DNA from: the human T2T-CHM13v2.0 reference genome, Homo sapiens
Length of the DNA: 64,000 bases
Reading direction: 5' to 3' (one strand)
NCBI RefSeq assembly: GCF_009914755.1
Contig: NC_060941.1
Shown: piece after piece, positions 21,203 to 42,204 of the stretch
How the letters are laid out: every line of letters starts with the position of its first letter
Position numbering within the stretch: position 1 is the stretch's first letter
Notes under the pieces: generated by a model
The model's database searches: none
Seen by the model: the letters and a program-made list of their open reading frames with translations, nothing else
Told to the model about the DNA's origin: nothing
Program-made: the position numbers and the translations under genes

Positions 21203-22242
21203 GTAAGTTGCAAAGTTTGCCCCTAAAAAACAAATAATTTACTGTAGCTCAATGTTTGTTTATTTTTTTCAAGTTTCCAACAAGTCATTGATTACTTTTT
21301 AAAAAGTAAAATTTATATACAATACAATGCGTAAATCTTAATTGTGCTATTTGATGAATTTTGACAGATGCATGTATCTGCTAACTAATATCCCTATCAG
21401 AATTAGAACATTACTGCTATTCCAGAAGGTTTCTTCACACCCTTTCCCAGTCAGTCTTCACCCATGCTGCCCAGAGGAACCATTACTCCTTTTTTCACCA
21501 TAGATTAATTTTGCCTATTCTAGAATCCCATGTAAACAGAAGCATATAGTAGAGACACTTTTGTGGAAAGCTTCTTTCAGACAGCATGTTTTTTGAGATT
21601 CATTCATGTCATTGCATGTATTCAGTTATTTCTTTTTATTGCTGAGTAGTATTTGATTGTGTGAATGTACCACAGTTTTTTCATTTATTCTCCTGTTGAT
21701 GGACATCTGAGCGGTTTCCATTTTTTTGGCTACTATTAATAAAGCTCCTATGAACATTCTCGTGCAAGTCTTTTTGTGGACATGGCTTGTATTTCTCTAA
21801 GGTCCTAGGAATAGAAATGCTGGATCATTAGGTAGGTAGATATACATGTAGTTTTTAAGAAACTACCTGATATTTTCCAAACTTGTTATATCATTTTATG
21901 TGGCCACGAAAAATGTATGGGAATTTCAGTTGCTCCATCTCTTCACCAATGTTTGGTGTTATCAGTCTTTTAATTTTTGGCTATTCTCTTGGCAAGTGAC
22001 ACTTGTGTATTGAGGACAAATGTAAAAATAAATAAATAAAACTTGGCTAGTCTCGTGGGCATGTAATAGTATCTTGTACTTTTAATCTGCATTTCCCTGA
22101 TGACTTATGATTTTGAGGATCTTTTCATGTGCTTATTAGCCATTTATATAACTTCATTTGTAAAGTGTCCAGTTATTTTGCCCATTTTAAAATTGTTTGT
22201 ATTTTTCCTTACTGAGTTATAGGAGTTCCTAACACATTCTGA

Positions 22243-22595
<353 letters not shown>

Positions 22596-22757
22596 CTATT
22601 TTTTTTTTTTTTTTTTTTTTACGCAATAGTGTCTTCAGTCAGCAGAATTTTAAAAATTTGATGAATATCTATTTTTTTCTTCTATTGTTACTGCTTTGCT
22701 GCCCTACTAAACTTTTGCCTATCCCCAAGTTGCAAAGATATTTTCCTGTGTTTTCTG

Positions 22758-23067
22758 TTTTCTTTTCTTCTTTTTTTTTCTTTTGAGATGGAGTCTCACT
22801 CTGTCACCCAAGCTGGAGTTCAGTGGCATGATCTTGGCTCACTGCACCCTCTGCCTCCTGGGTTCAAGTGATACTCATGTCTCAGCCTCCTGAGTAGCTG
22901 AGATTACAGATGCATGCCACCATGCTCGGCTAAATTTTGTATTTTTAGTAGAGATGGGGTTTCACTATGTTGGCCAGGCTGGTGTCAAACTTTACTGACC
23001 TCAAGTAATCTGCCCGCCTCAGCTCCCAAAGTGTTGGGATTACAGGCGTGAACCACTGTGCCCAGCC
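22758..23067 (-). mobile_element. Alu (AluS-like)
   Basis: Antisense Alu, TSD CCTGTGTTTTCT. Confidence 0.93.
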
Positions 23068-23356
23068 CTGTGTTTTCTTATAGAAGTTTTATGTTTAGGT
23101 CTCTGATCCATTGCAAATTAATTTTTGTATATAGTGTGAGATAAAGCTTAAGGTTCATTTATTTTCCCATCTAGATATCCAGTTGTTCTGGCGCTATTTG
23201 TTGAAAAGACAATTTCCCATTGGATTGCTTTGGTTCATTTGTTGAAAATCAGTTGATAGTGCAAGTGTGGGTCTTTTCAGTGTTCTCTATTTTGTTGATA
23301 TGCTTGTCTATTTATGACAGAATCATGCTGTCTTAATTAGTGTAATTTCACATTAA

Positions 23357-23952
<596 letters not shown>

Positions 23953-25467
23953 TCACATTAAGTCTTGAAATTAGGTAATGTAAATTATCCAACCTTGTTT
24001 CTCCAAATTGCTTGGATTTTATAGATCTTTTGCATTTCCATATAAATTTTAAAATTAAGTTTTCTGTTTCTACAACATTCCTGGTAGGAATATGAATGGG
24101 ATTACATTGACTATGTGTGTAAATCAATTAGCAAAGAAAGTAAATCTTATTGAATCTTTCAATCCATGAACATTATAAATATGTATATATACATATAGAT
24201 GGATGTTGAACTTTGTCAAATTTTTTTTTTCTGCATCTATTTGGATGACTATATGATTTTTGTCCTTTATCTGTTAATGTGGTCATTACATTAATTGTTT
24301 TTTCAAACATTAAACCAACATTGCATTTCTGGAATAAATCTCATTTAGTCATGATGTGTTATCCTTTTTATATACTGCTAGATTCAATTTGGTACTATTT
24401 TGTTGTAAATATTTACATCTTTGTTCATGAAGGATATTAGCCTATAATATTTTTCTTTCCTTCTCTCTTCCTTTTTTTCTTTTTGTAATTTCTCCAGCTT
24501 TGGTATTGGGTTATTTTGGCCTCAAGAAATATTGAATATTGTCTCTTCTGTTTTCTGAGGTTGTATAAGATGTTATTTCTCTAAGTGTTTGACATAATTC
24601 ACCAGTAAAACTATCTTGGCATGGGTTTTCTTTGTGGGGAGGTTTTTGATAACAAAGTCAATTTCTCTGATAGACAAGGGGCTGCTGAGATTTTCTCTTT
24701 CATCTTATCTAAGTCTTCGTAAATGATGTATTTTAAGGAATTTGTCTATTTCTTCTAATTTGTCAAACATATTGAGATAAAATTGTTTATAATAGTCTTT
24801 TATTATCATTTTAAGGTCTGTGGGATCTTAGGTGATATCCTCTTTTATTCCTCACCTGGGTGATGGTCTCTGTTCTTTTTCTTGACCTGTCTAGCTAGAA
24901 TATTATAAATTGTGTTGACTTTATCAGTTTCACTGATCTTTTCAAAGAACCAACTTTTGGCTTTATTAATTTTTTCTGTTTTTTGCCTGATTTCTACTTC
25001 ATTGATTGCAATTCTTTATCATTTCTTTCCTTTTATTTACTCTGGGTTTACTCTGCTCTTCTTGATTTTTAATTTAATTCTGCTGGGGTCAGAGAACATA
25101 CCCTATATTATTTTGATTCTTTTATTTTTATTAAAATTTATTTTATTTCACAATATATTCTATCTTGGTGAACATGCCATGTACACTTGGAAAGAAAGTG
25201 TATTCTGGCCTTGCTGGATGTAGTGTTCTATAAATGTTGATTAGGTCATGTTGGTTGTTAGTGTTTTTCAAATCGTATACGTTTTCATTGATATTGTTAA
25301 GTGAGAGGAGAGTGTTGAAATCTCCAATTGTGATTGTAATTTAGTCCACTTTTTCCTTTGATTCTGTCAATATGCTTCACATAGTTTGAAACTTGTTTGA
25401 CAAACATACATATTTATGACTGTTGTTTGTTTGTTCCTTATGAATTAACCATTTTATTTTTAGATAA

Positions 25468-27597
<2,130 letters not shown>

Positions 27598-27778
27598 GGC
27601 ACTACTAACATTTCAAGCCAGATAATTCTTGTTTGTTGGAGGCCTTGTAGAATATTTAGCAGCCTACCTGGCCTACACCACCAAATACCAGTAGTACCTT
27701 TCCCTACTTCTAACAACCTAAAATGTCTCCAGCCAGATGTCCCCTAAGGGGCAAAATCATTTTCAGTCAGAACCACTG
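27598..27778 (-). mobile_element. MER20 (hAT-Charlie) fragment
   Basis: CCAGATAATTCTT...TTTAGCAGC...AAAATGTCTCCAG...GGGGCAAAATC...AGAACCACTG. Confidence 0.85.
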
Positions 27779-27993
27779 TTTAGCAGTAACCTGTAAGACA
27801 AAAGTATACCAAAAAGTAGAAGTAACTTTATGGATTCCTAGATCAGTGTGTTCTGCTATCACTGTCTTCTAGGCTGCCAGGATTTACGCTTTTAATAGTG
27901 TAGTCTAGTACTACCTTGCCATTATGTTCAGAAGTAAATGTGAATTTAAGTTGAATAGTAGTGTTTTAAAATATGTAATCCAAATATTCCTAA

Positions 27994-28300
27994 TTTTTTA
28001 TTTTATTTTGTTTTGTTTTTAGGGACAGTCTTATTCTGTCACCCAGGTTGGAGTGCACTGGCATGATCATAGCTCACTGAGACCTTAAACTCTTAGGCTC
28101 AAGCAGTCCTCCTGCCTCAGCCTCTCAAGTAGCTGAGACTACAGGCCTGTGAAGCCATGGCAGCTAATTTTTTAATATTTTGAAGAGACTGGGTCTCACT
28201 ATGTTGCCCAGGCTGGTCATGAACTCCTGGCCTCAAGCAGTCCTCCTGCCTGAGCTTCCCAAAGTGCTGGGATTACAGGCATGAGCCACCATGCTTGGCC
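27994..28300 (-). mobile_element. Alu (AluJ-like)
   Basis: Antisense Alu, TSD TCCAAATATT. Confidence 0.92.
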
Positions 28301-28809
28301 TCCAAATATTAGTTTAAATGAAAGCTGCTTTTTCTATTTAAAATTTTAAAGTGATTGGTTTTGAAAACTTTTTAATGTTTTCATCATTATAGGTGATATC
28401 TATCATAAGGTATTTTTGAACCTTGTTTTTATTATACTCATAAAAGTAATACATTAAAACAGATAATGGAATATGCTCTTTTTTTCTTCCTACCAAAACA
28501 TTATTCTCTAACTAGATTTGTCACCCAGCTTTTAGTGAATTATGAGTTCTCAATATTTTCATACACTTTTGGAAGACATGGAGATAGGGAAGGGGGATGG
28601 CAATTCGAGTGCATAAAAATAGTTTTTACTTTACATGTTGTGACTCACTTAAGTTTCATTATTATAATAAATGTTAAAGATATTCCATCTACTTTTTATA
28701 GTTTCTGAATCATTTGCTCAGGTATAATAGTTATTTGATATGAATAAATTTGAGAAAATATTATTTAAAATATACTCTGTTACAGAATCTTCCTGCCATT
28801 ATTTTTTTA

Positions 28810-29170
28810 AATTAAGTTCATTTTATTTTATTGATATATAACATTTTACTTATTTAATGGGGTACATGTCATATTTTGTTACATAGAATGTGTAATGATC
28901 AAGTCAGGGTATTTGGGGTACCCATCTTGAGTATTTATCATTTTTATATGTTGGGAACATTTCAAATTCTCTGTTTTAGCTGCTTTGAAATACATAATAC
29001 ATTGTTGCTAACTATAGTTACCTACTCTGCTATGCCTTCTATCTAACAGTATTTTTGTACCCATTGACCAATCTCTCTTCATCTCTACCTTCCTCCCACC
29101 CCCCACCATACCCTGCCCAGCCTCTGGTATCTATCATCCTACTTTCTACCTCCCTGAGATCAACTTTTTA
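28810..29170 (-). mobile_element. L1MA-type 3' end
   Basis: ATGGGGTACATG...GTAATGATCAAGTCAGGGTATTTGGG...CCAGCCTCTGGT. Confidence 0.82.
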
Positions 29171-29189
29171 AAATTTTTATTTTTTATAT

Positions 29190-29652
<463 letters not shown>

Positions 29653-30022
29653 TATTATTACTGAATGATGCCATTATCATTATATAGATACACAGATTCG
29701 CTTCTATATACTACCATTTTTTCCAGATATTTCATAATAATAATATGTGACCTCACTAAAATACCCCTGAATGGAAAGAAAGTCATCATACTAGTAGCAT
29801 TATAGGAATTAGAAAACAATGTGCGGTTTCATTTTCTGATCATCAAGGATCTGGAAATACTGTTTTTCTGTAATACGAAGAAAGCAAGTATGTTTCTTTG
29901 TATCTATGTAAAATCATATCACTTATAGTTAAGAATAGGAAGCCTAAAATGTATGATTTGTTTCAATATGGATCCAGACCAGTTCTGGTAACTTTTTAAT
30001 AGGAGGTTCAGGCTGTTCTGCT

Positions 30023-30083
30023 AAAAAAAAAAACAAAAAAAAAAAACAAAAAAAAAACAAAACAAAACAAAACAAAAAAAAAA
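30023..30083 (+). repeat. A-rich tract (A)n/(AAAAC)n with no recognisable element body
   Basis: 61 nt of A with interspersed C. Confidence 0.9.
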
Positions 30084-30204
30084 CTATATGTAGCATTTGA
30101 TACTTAATTGTAGTAAGTACTGTCAATTCTCTCCTCCGTGTCCTGTCTCGTGGCACTTAACTTGACCAATTTATATAAAAAGAAGACTTTCTTCTGAAAG
30201 TAGG

Positions 30205-30316
30205 GAGTATCTCAGTTTTACAAATAAGCAAACAAACATCTGGAATTGAAATAACTTGCTTAAGGTTGTGGAGTTTATAGCAGCAAACCTAGGTCTTTTG
30301 ACTCCAAAGTCTATGT
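30205..30316 (-). mobile_element. MIR fragment
   Basis: TTTTACAAATAAG...AAATAACTTGCTTAAGGT...TGACTCCAAAGTC. Confidence 0.65.
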
Positions 30317-30743
30317 TTTTTTTTCCTTCTTATCAATGCGAGAGTACAAAGTCTATTATTACCTATCATTTTGCCGAGAAAATTAGTATGATTAGAAGGG
30401 TAAGCTATGTGGGAAAGGGATGGATGTAAAAAGTTAGTTGTCGACAGTATAGGGATTGAGTTGAAAGAATAATTAGATCTGTTTTCTAACTAATAAATGG
30501 TAAAAAAAAAAATGTGATAGGAAAAAACTTAATGTGTGAGAGTTTCCAGCCTTCTGCTCTTCGTCTATGTGCTAATGATAGTTCTACCTTTACTAATTCA
30601 ATTTTTTCCTTTTCTCCTGTCTCCAACAAGGGCTCAGCATTTGTCAAACTAGATCTTTGGGGATTTGTAATATAGACTTGACTTGAGAGAGAGGGATGAG
30701 GTGGAAGGAATATGAAAGTGGCTGCCACAGGATCACAGGATAA

Positions 30744-31076
<333 letters not shown>

Positions 31077-31544
31077 TTGTTTTGTGTTTTCTACTTCATA
31101 CTCTGTCATGGTTGCATTAAAAAAAATTTTAGTAGAGGTCTTCAAATCTTACAGTGAATGCTGATACCTCCTAATTGTAGCAGCATTAGAAAATGTCTTA
31201 TGATAATTGTTGAACTTGGATACATGAGATTTAATATGTTATTCTCTTTACTTTTGTGCATATTTGATACTTTCCATAATAAAATGATTTTTTGGATTTT
31301 TTAAAAAGAAAATGTTTTAGTGAACATACTTGATTGCTAATTTCTTTCTTTATTCCTGGAATATCAGAACTATATCTTGTATATTACTATTGTGTATTTC
31401 AGGGTGCCTAACATAATACTCATTCACTAAATAAACATCTGAGTTGAAATGAATATAATATTTAGTTGCTTAATTTTAAATGTAAGTTATACTTAAGTAG
31501 CAGTTAGTATATAAAGTGAAAAATGTGGTTTTTGGTGAATTCTA

Positions 31545-32110
31545 TAAAGGTGAGAAAATGTTCTGGAATTAGATAACGGTGGCGGTTGTGCAACTCTGTG
31601 ACTATACTAAACACCATTGAATTATATACTTTAAAAAAGTAAGCTGTGTAGTATATGAATGACATATCAATTTTTAAAAAGGCAATGTAAAAAAATACAA
31701 AGATAAGTCATAAACTGGGAGAAGATACTTATAACACAAATAACTCATAAAAGAACTCTCACAAATGGATAAGGAAAAGACAGCCCTATAGATAAGCAGA
31801 CAAATAAAACTAATGGACATTTCACAAAGAGAAAACACGAATAGGCAAGAAACATTTTAAAAGGTACTTAACCTCATTTGAGATAAAGAGATGCAAATTA
31901 TAACCTCAATGAAATAAGCATTTACACATACCAGACTTACAGAAATTAAAGAATTGGATCATCCCAGGTAGGCAAAATGTAAAGGAACGTGAACCCTCAT
32001 ATACTGCTAGTAAGATTCTTTAACTGGTACAACCACTTTGGAAAGATGTTTTGGTATTACCTGGTAAAACTGAAGTTGCAAATGCCCTTTGACCAAGCAG
32101 TTCTACTACT
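31545..32110 (+). mobile_element. L1M fragments (L1MB-like 3' end, then an older L1 ORF2 end)
   Basis: GAAAATGTTCTGGAATTAGAT...ACCATTGAATTATATACTTT; AACCCTCATATACTGCT...GGTACAACCACTTTGGAAA. Confidence 0.75.
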
Positions 32111-32139
32111 AGCAGTGCGTATGTGTGTTTATATGTGTA

Positions 32140-32920
32140 TGTAATCTGTCCTTTCCCTACTGATTGTTAATATCACATTTATCAAGTTATCATATTTTCA
32201 TGGGTCTATTTCTAGGCTCTCTAGTATGTTAAATTGGTGATTTGTTTATCCATGCAGCAATTTTATGCTGGCTTATTTACTATAATTTTAAAATAAGTTT
32301 TAATGCCTAGTAGGATCATCTTCTTTCAGAATGTTCTTCAGGGATGTTTGGCTATTTCTGGTCATTTGCTCTTCCATATAACCCTTAGGATCAATTTGTC
32401 AAGTCTTATGTCTTGTTGGGATTGTTATTGAAATTATATTGAATTACTTTGAATTGATAGGTCATTTTGAAAATAATTTTCTGGACTGTATTTCTCCATT
32501 TATTTAGGTCTGTCTTAATGTCTTTAATTTAATTTTACAATTTTCTTTATAAACTTATCATAGTCTTTTGTTATATTTCTTCCTATGTATTTATGTGTAC
32601 GTGTGTCTGTGTGTTTGTGAGACAGAGAGAGGGAGGGAGGAAAGGGGGAGTGGAAGGAGGAGAGAGAAAAAGAGTATAAAATTAAACATCAACTAAAAAA
32701 ACAGCTTTATTGAGGTACAATTTACATACCATAAAATTTACTCATTTTATGTGTACAGTTCAGTGATTTTTAGTAAATCTTCAGAGTTGTGCAATGATCA
32801 CTACAATCTAATTTTAGAACATTTCTGTCACCCTAAAAAGAAAGCTTGTGCCAGTCACTCTTGGCACACTTGTTGGCAGTCACTCCTTGTTCCCATCCCT
32901 AGCCCGAGGAAACCACCATG
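32140..32920 (-). mobile_element. L1M fragments including an L1MB7/8-like 3' end
   Basis: CTTTATTGAGGTACAATTTACATACCATAAAATT...CAGAGTTGTGCAA. Confidence 0.75.
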
Positions 32921-33170
32921 TAGTTTAAAAAAAAAAACTTATTTTAAGCCTTTTTAGTATGAACACTTAAAAATACACAAAGTTGACAAAATAGAACAAT
33001 GACTCTCAAACAACCAATAAGGACAATCTTCTAACTTCTCACCTGGATTGTTTTAAAACAAGTCTCATTTCTTCTATAAGTATGTCAGTATGTGTCTCCA
33101 AGGTATGATGATTTCTTCTTAAATTGAAGTATAATTTTAGTTTCATTATCACACCTAAAAAGATTAACAA

Positions 33171-33755
<585 letters not shown>

Positions 33756-33911
33756 CCCCTCATTTTTTTCATTGCCACTTATCTGTTGAAGAAACCAGAT
33801 CATTTGTTGGTAGACTTTCTTACATTCTGGACTTGGCTAATTGCATTCTTGTGATATCATGTAATATGCTTTTATATCATATCTTCTGTAAAAAGGTAAT
33901 TAGTTCTAGAG

Positions 33912-34216
33912 CAGCACATGCTGTGCCCTTAGAAATACAAATTACAAATGCAAGCCACATAATTTAAAATTTTCTGGTAGCTGCATTAACAAAAGTAAAA
34001 AGAAAAAGGTGAAGTTATCTTAATGACACATTTTGTTCATACCAGATATTAAAAATATTATTTTACCACGTAATGTACATAATTATTAGTAAGATATTTT
34101 ACAGTCTTTTTTTGTACCAAATCTTTGAAATCTGTTGTGTATTTTACATTTGCAACATTTCTCAATTCAAAGTAGCTACATTTCAGGTGCTTAGTAGCTA
34201 CGTGTGGATAGCACAG
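33912..34216 (+). mobile_element. MER33 (hAT-Charlie)
   Basis: ATGCAAGCCACAT...GTAAAAAGAAAAAGGTGAA...TAGCTACATTTCAGGTGCT...GGATAGCACAG; 8-bp TSD TTCTAGAG / ATCTAGAG. Confidence 0.88.
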
Positions 34217-34280
34217 ATCTAGAGGTCTGATTTTAGGCTTGAGTTTTTGTCAAGAATAATTCATATGTGGTGCTGTGTAC

Positions 34281-34673
<393 letters not shown>

Positions 34674-34811
34674 TAATCATTCAGTACCTGCTGCCCCAGC
34701 CTTTCACCTTATGGTTTTAGCTGCCTTTGATGATCTTTGCCTAGATTTATATTTCATTAGTGATTCACAATAGTGACTGTGTAATTCTTTCATTTCTTCT
34801 GCATCTAATAG

Positions 34812-35300
<489 letters not shown>

Positions 35301-35732
35301 TAGCTAGCATTTTTAGGTGACATGTTGAAAGGTATTCAGGGTAAATTAGTGTTCTATTTATCTGGAATGGACGGTGTTAAATATTAATATTTTTATTTAA
35401 TTCATTAGGGAAAAATGGGTGAACTAATATATCTGTAATACCATAAAATAGGACTCTGCCTTTTAACGCAGAAAATTTGGAATTTATCCTTTGCACTATT
35501 GTCTCAAAAGTGACAATCTTCTTGGCAACCAAATTGCATTACATCTTCAATATCTGTTATTAATTTGTATGCATTGCGCAATCTGAACAGAAGTGGTAGA
35601 AAAAAATTGAGACTTTTTTCTTTTGTATTGTTAACTGTTATGTTAAACTGTAGGCATCTATGTGACTGTGAAGTATCTTTTTACCTGTCTCAATAAAATG
35701 TTACTAATTATTCTTTAACAGGTACAAAGTGA

Positions 35733-36041
<309 letters not shown>

Positions 36042-36225
36042 AATTTATGCTGTTTTTCTAATGGTAATTTTGTGTTTGCAGTTCATATCCTTAGCTAGAA
36101 AAGAAAAAAAATATATAAGACCTTGCTCATTAAATCCTGAAAGATAAGGAACTAAAAATAAACACAGGACAGATGTCTCAGAATTCCATTTTTTTTTTAA
36201 TTCTCTAATAAGAATAGGGATTTCT

Positions 36226-36402
36226 AATTAGCCAGGTGTGGTGGCAGGCGCCTGTAGTCCCAGCTACCAGGGAGGCTGAGGCAGGAGAAAGGCATGAACC
36301 TGGGAGGTGGAGCTTGTAACGAGCCCACATTGCGCCACTGAACTCCCACCTGGGCGACAGAGCAAGACTCTGTTTCAAAAAAAAAAAAAAAAAAAAAAAA
36401 AA
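36226..36402 (+). mobile_element. Alu right arm only (5'-truncated AluY-like)
   Basis: Right monomer plus long A tail, TSD AAGAATAGGG. Confidence 0.9.
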
Positions 36403-36614
36403 GAATAGGGAGTTCTAATATAGTCTGTTCAACAACTGTATAATAGAATCCATAGCAGGAGATATGTTTGATAGTAGTTCTGTCATAAGAAAATGGTAGG
36501 AGATTGAAGTCGTTGCACATCATTTTAGTCCAAATGTCATCTGATCACCTGAGGTGCCTAGAAGTATTTACTTTCTTACATTGTTTGAGGGATATATTTT
36601 TGTTTTAACCATGA

Positions 36615-37318
<704 letters not shown>

Positions 37319-38668
37319 TAAAACATTTTTGCCTTGGCTACCTTGTACAATGGGATCTTTTTAGCCTCTTTCTTATGAAAACCTCATACCTTGGAATTTC
37401 TCTTACTATTGATAGAAAAATTATGCACATGGTAGAGAAAAGCTCAATCTAACTTGTCTTCATAGGACTTCCATATTTAGGGAAAGACCCTAAGATGTCG
37501 TGCTGGATCATTTGCTTTTTGATATATCCAGATTGCTCCTTATCCCAATGAAAACAGATAAAGGAGGTTGTACTGTAATTAGCTAATTCTGTAATTCTTG
37601 CCAAGATAGTAGGGGTTGTTCATTGTGAACACATTCTGCCACAACAGCTGAGGTAGAACATTGTGTTTATTTGTGAGAGAATTTGAGTATGAACAATTTG
37701 GTTTAAAGATTAAATGGGGGAATAAATTATATTGATAAAACTGATGAAATATTTTATTAAAAATTACTAAGTTACACAGAGGAGTTTACATTTAAAGCAT
37801 TAAATATACTGAACATTGTAGAAATTGAAAATTCTGTCTGTATTTCATTTGGAAGAGTTTCTGGCTTTCCTCTTGCCTTTTTGAGAAGTAGACATATGTA
37901 CTGGAGGCAACCTAGCTTGGTGTGATGAGCAACAGATTGGAACACAGAGCAGCACTAGGTGTACAGTGTCAGGAAGTCCAACTCAGTGGGTGTTTGTTAT
38001 GCACAAGGAACTTTGACAGGCATTATTGTGGGAGAGGGTGGTTGAGGTGGATATAAGCATGAATAAGAAATAGTCCCCTAAATAATGTAAAATAATAATG
38101 TAATGGAAATGGAATTAGATAAGTAAATAATAGAAAATAGAATGAAACATGTTAAACAGAGTTTCCAATAACATGCTAAAGAAGAACACAGGAAAAAGCA
38201 GTGAATATTGATTAGGAAATCAGAGAAGATGTCATTAAGAATATAGCTTCTAAGTTGATTCTAGAAAAAGAGTAGTATTTTGTTAGATGGAAGATGGGAA
38301 TAGGAGTGTGAAGATCTCTTTTTGGAGGAACTGGTAAATATGGAGGCATGCATTGCCAAGACACCAATTTTATTGAAGGATAAAGGAGAACATAAGGTCA
38401 AACTATCAGTGTTTAATATTTACTCTGTAATAATTAACATTTCTGTAATATTTTTATATACACATTTGAGACTTCTAACAACAGCCAAGGGAGCTATGTA
38501 TTACTACCCCAATATATACATGGTCCTGTGTAATTTAATGGAAGGCTCTGGATTTGAAGGCTAACTTTGTCACTTAAAAGCTATGTGACCTTGAGTATTA
38601 TTTGATATTACTGAATCTCAGTTTTCTCATCTACCAGATACAGATAATACCTTTTCAGTAAATCACTT

Positions 38669-39002
38669 CAGGGCTGCTGCATAGACTGTACAGTGCATTA
38701 TTCCAGGGGTGGTGTTCACACAGACCAGGGGTTGACAATGTTTTTTTTCTGTAAAGAGCCAGATAGAAAATATTTTAGGCTTTGCTGGCCATAAACCATA
38801 AGAAAGCTGTCACACCAACTCAACCTTGCTGTTATAGCACAAAAACAGCCATAGGCAATATGTAAACAAATGGGTATAGCTGTATTCTAATAAAACTTCA
38901 TTTATAAAAATAGATTCTGGGCCAGATTTGGCCCACAGTTTGAAGTTTGCTGACTACATAGGCCAGGATGTGAATGGTGAACCCTTTAGTTGTGCAATTC
39001 TG
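38669..39002. mobile_element. MER91-like palindromic hAT-Tip100 MITE, split by MER58A
   Basis: Left arm CAGGGCTGC...CCAGGGGTGGTGTTCACA, right arm ATGTGAATGGTG...AGTTGTGCAA. Confidence 0.65.
38726..38955 (+). mobile_element. MER58A (hAT-Charlie)
   Basis: CAGGGGTTGACAA...TTTCTGTAAAGAGCCAGATAG...GGGCCAGATTTGGCCCAC...TTTGCTGAC. Confidence 0.9.
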
Positions 39003-39945
39003 TGATACAGGTTGTTTTAAGGAATAAATTACTTATAGCACAGAAATATTTCTAGCTTAGTACATGTGAATCCTCAACGATAAAAGTCTATATACTTTTC
39101 TTTCTTTCCTTTTTAAAGTTATTGCCATTGAATTCTTGGGTAAACCACTTAAACTTTTGCCCTCTATTTACTTCAGAATTCTCAGTAGGGAAATAAAAAC
39201 TATCTTTTACCAGATTAACTTTAATTAGGTGTATGAGTTAGAGTGATAATAGGTGACTGTTGTTTTGAATTCCTTAAAGTCAATGTTAACTAGAAATTAT
39301 AAGACATTATTATAGCTGAATGCCATTGTGTTAGCAGTCTTAACTACAACATAACAGGGAACCTGAAGCCTAAACTAATGGCACTATTTGGTGTCTTATG
39401 TGATTTGCTAGTATTTGTAAACTAAAATTTTTACCTGGAGAATATTTATTGTTTTGGATTTCAGCATAATTAGCATATGGTCCTGATTTTGGTACCCACG
39501 ACATAGTTTTTGTCAGACTGTCATTGCATCATTCTTGAAATATAGCTAATAATTGAAAAGAAAGAGTATGCGTTCTTTTAGAGATACCTAGAAAGAGTGG
39601 GGAGGATGTGAACTTTCTTTTGCTCTTACTTATTATAGCTCTGTTAATGCTGTTCCTTTCAAAGAATATTTTCTAAGGTGTTTTTCCCTCGGTGCTTTGA
39701 AAAGTTTTCATATCAGATTATGTAAATCAAATGTCGATTATGTACTAGAGCTGATTTTGACATTGCTTTTGAGTCTTAGTTTAGGAATAACAAACTAATT
39801 GCAAGTTTTAGGATATTATATGCTAATCATTATTGTGAGAAGATTATGATGTTGAATTGCCATACATAATTCTGTTTTCCCACTCTTAATGATAAGAGAG
39901 ATTTTTTATAGTTGTCATTTTAACTGTGGAATAAAGGGTTTCCTA

Positions 39946-40452
<507 letters not shown>

Positions 40453-40808
40453 CATAAAATATATATAACATAAAATTTATTATTATAATCATTTTTGAGC
40501 ATACAATTCAGTGACATTAGGTACACTCACAATGTTGTGTAATCATCACCACCATCCATCTCCAAAACTTTTTCATCAGCCCAAATCAGACTTCATACCC
40601 ATTAAACAATAACTTTCCATTTCTTCCTTCCCCCATCCCCTGCCATCCCCTAGTAACCTCTATTCTACTTTTCATGTCTATGAATTGCCTATTTTTGGTC
40701 TAGGTACTGCATGTAAGTGTAATCATATAATATTTGTCCTTGTGTGCCTGTCTTATTTCACATAGCATAATGTTTTCAAGGTTCATGCATGTTGTAGCAT
40801 GTATCAGA

Positions 40809-40815
<7 letters not shown>

Positions 40816-40860
<45 letters not shown>
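40816..40860. repeat. (TA)n microsatellite in an Alu tail
   Basis: Direct reading. Confidence 0.95.
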
Positions 40861-41155
<295 letters not shown>

Positions 41156-41739
41156 TCAGAATCTCATTTTTAAATTACTGAATAATTTCAATTGTATGTC
41201 TATACCACATTTGATTTATCCATTTATCTGTTGAAGGACACTTGGACATTTTCACCTTTTTGACTATTGTGAATAATGCCGCTGTAGAAATTGGTATACA
41301 AAGTATCTGTTGAGTCCCTGCTTACAGTTCTTTTGGGTATATGCCTAGGAGTGGAATTGCCGGATCATATGGTAATTCTATGTCTAATCGTTTGAGGAAC
41401 TGCCAAACGTTTTCACAGTGGCATGCATTGTGCTTTAACAGATAGTTTGGGAAGCCTTTTTATTACCTTATATTTAAAATGTTTACTGTTTCATTTTAAA
41501 ATAAGAAAATGTTTTGGAATTTCATAAATTGTTATCATTTGGGGGTAATAACATTTCTATATTTGCCTTTTTAGTACTTTTTAATTTTTCCAAATTTGAA
41601 ATATTAAATACTGATTTCTTTGACATACATTCACTGAGAAGTTAAAAAGATCCTTGCATTCAGCAAGTGAAACATGCTGTAAATAAATCATGTTACTTCT
41701 CTATTAACAGTTAACACTAGGGACTCCCAAGCATTCTGA

Positions 41740-42100
<361 letters not shown>

Positions 42101-42204
42101 CACTCTAGTTTTTTTCTAAAGTTAAATCTGTACTGTCTCTAGTTCATTATGGGTACCTTACTTGAAAAGTAAACAATATTAAACAGGAAAAAAATGAGAC
42201 AGTA

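Larger units (their letters stand above)
38545..39085 (+). mobile_element. MIR hosting nested DNA transposons
   Basis: AGCTATGTGACCTTGAG...TGAATCTCAGTTTTCTCATCT; continuation ACAGGTTGTTTTAAGGAATAAA after the insert. Confidence 0.7.
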
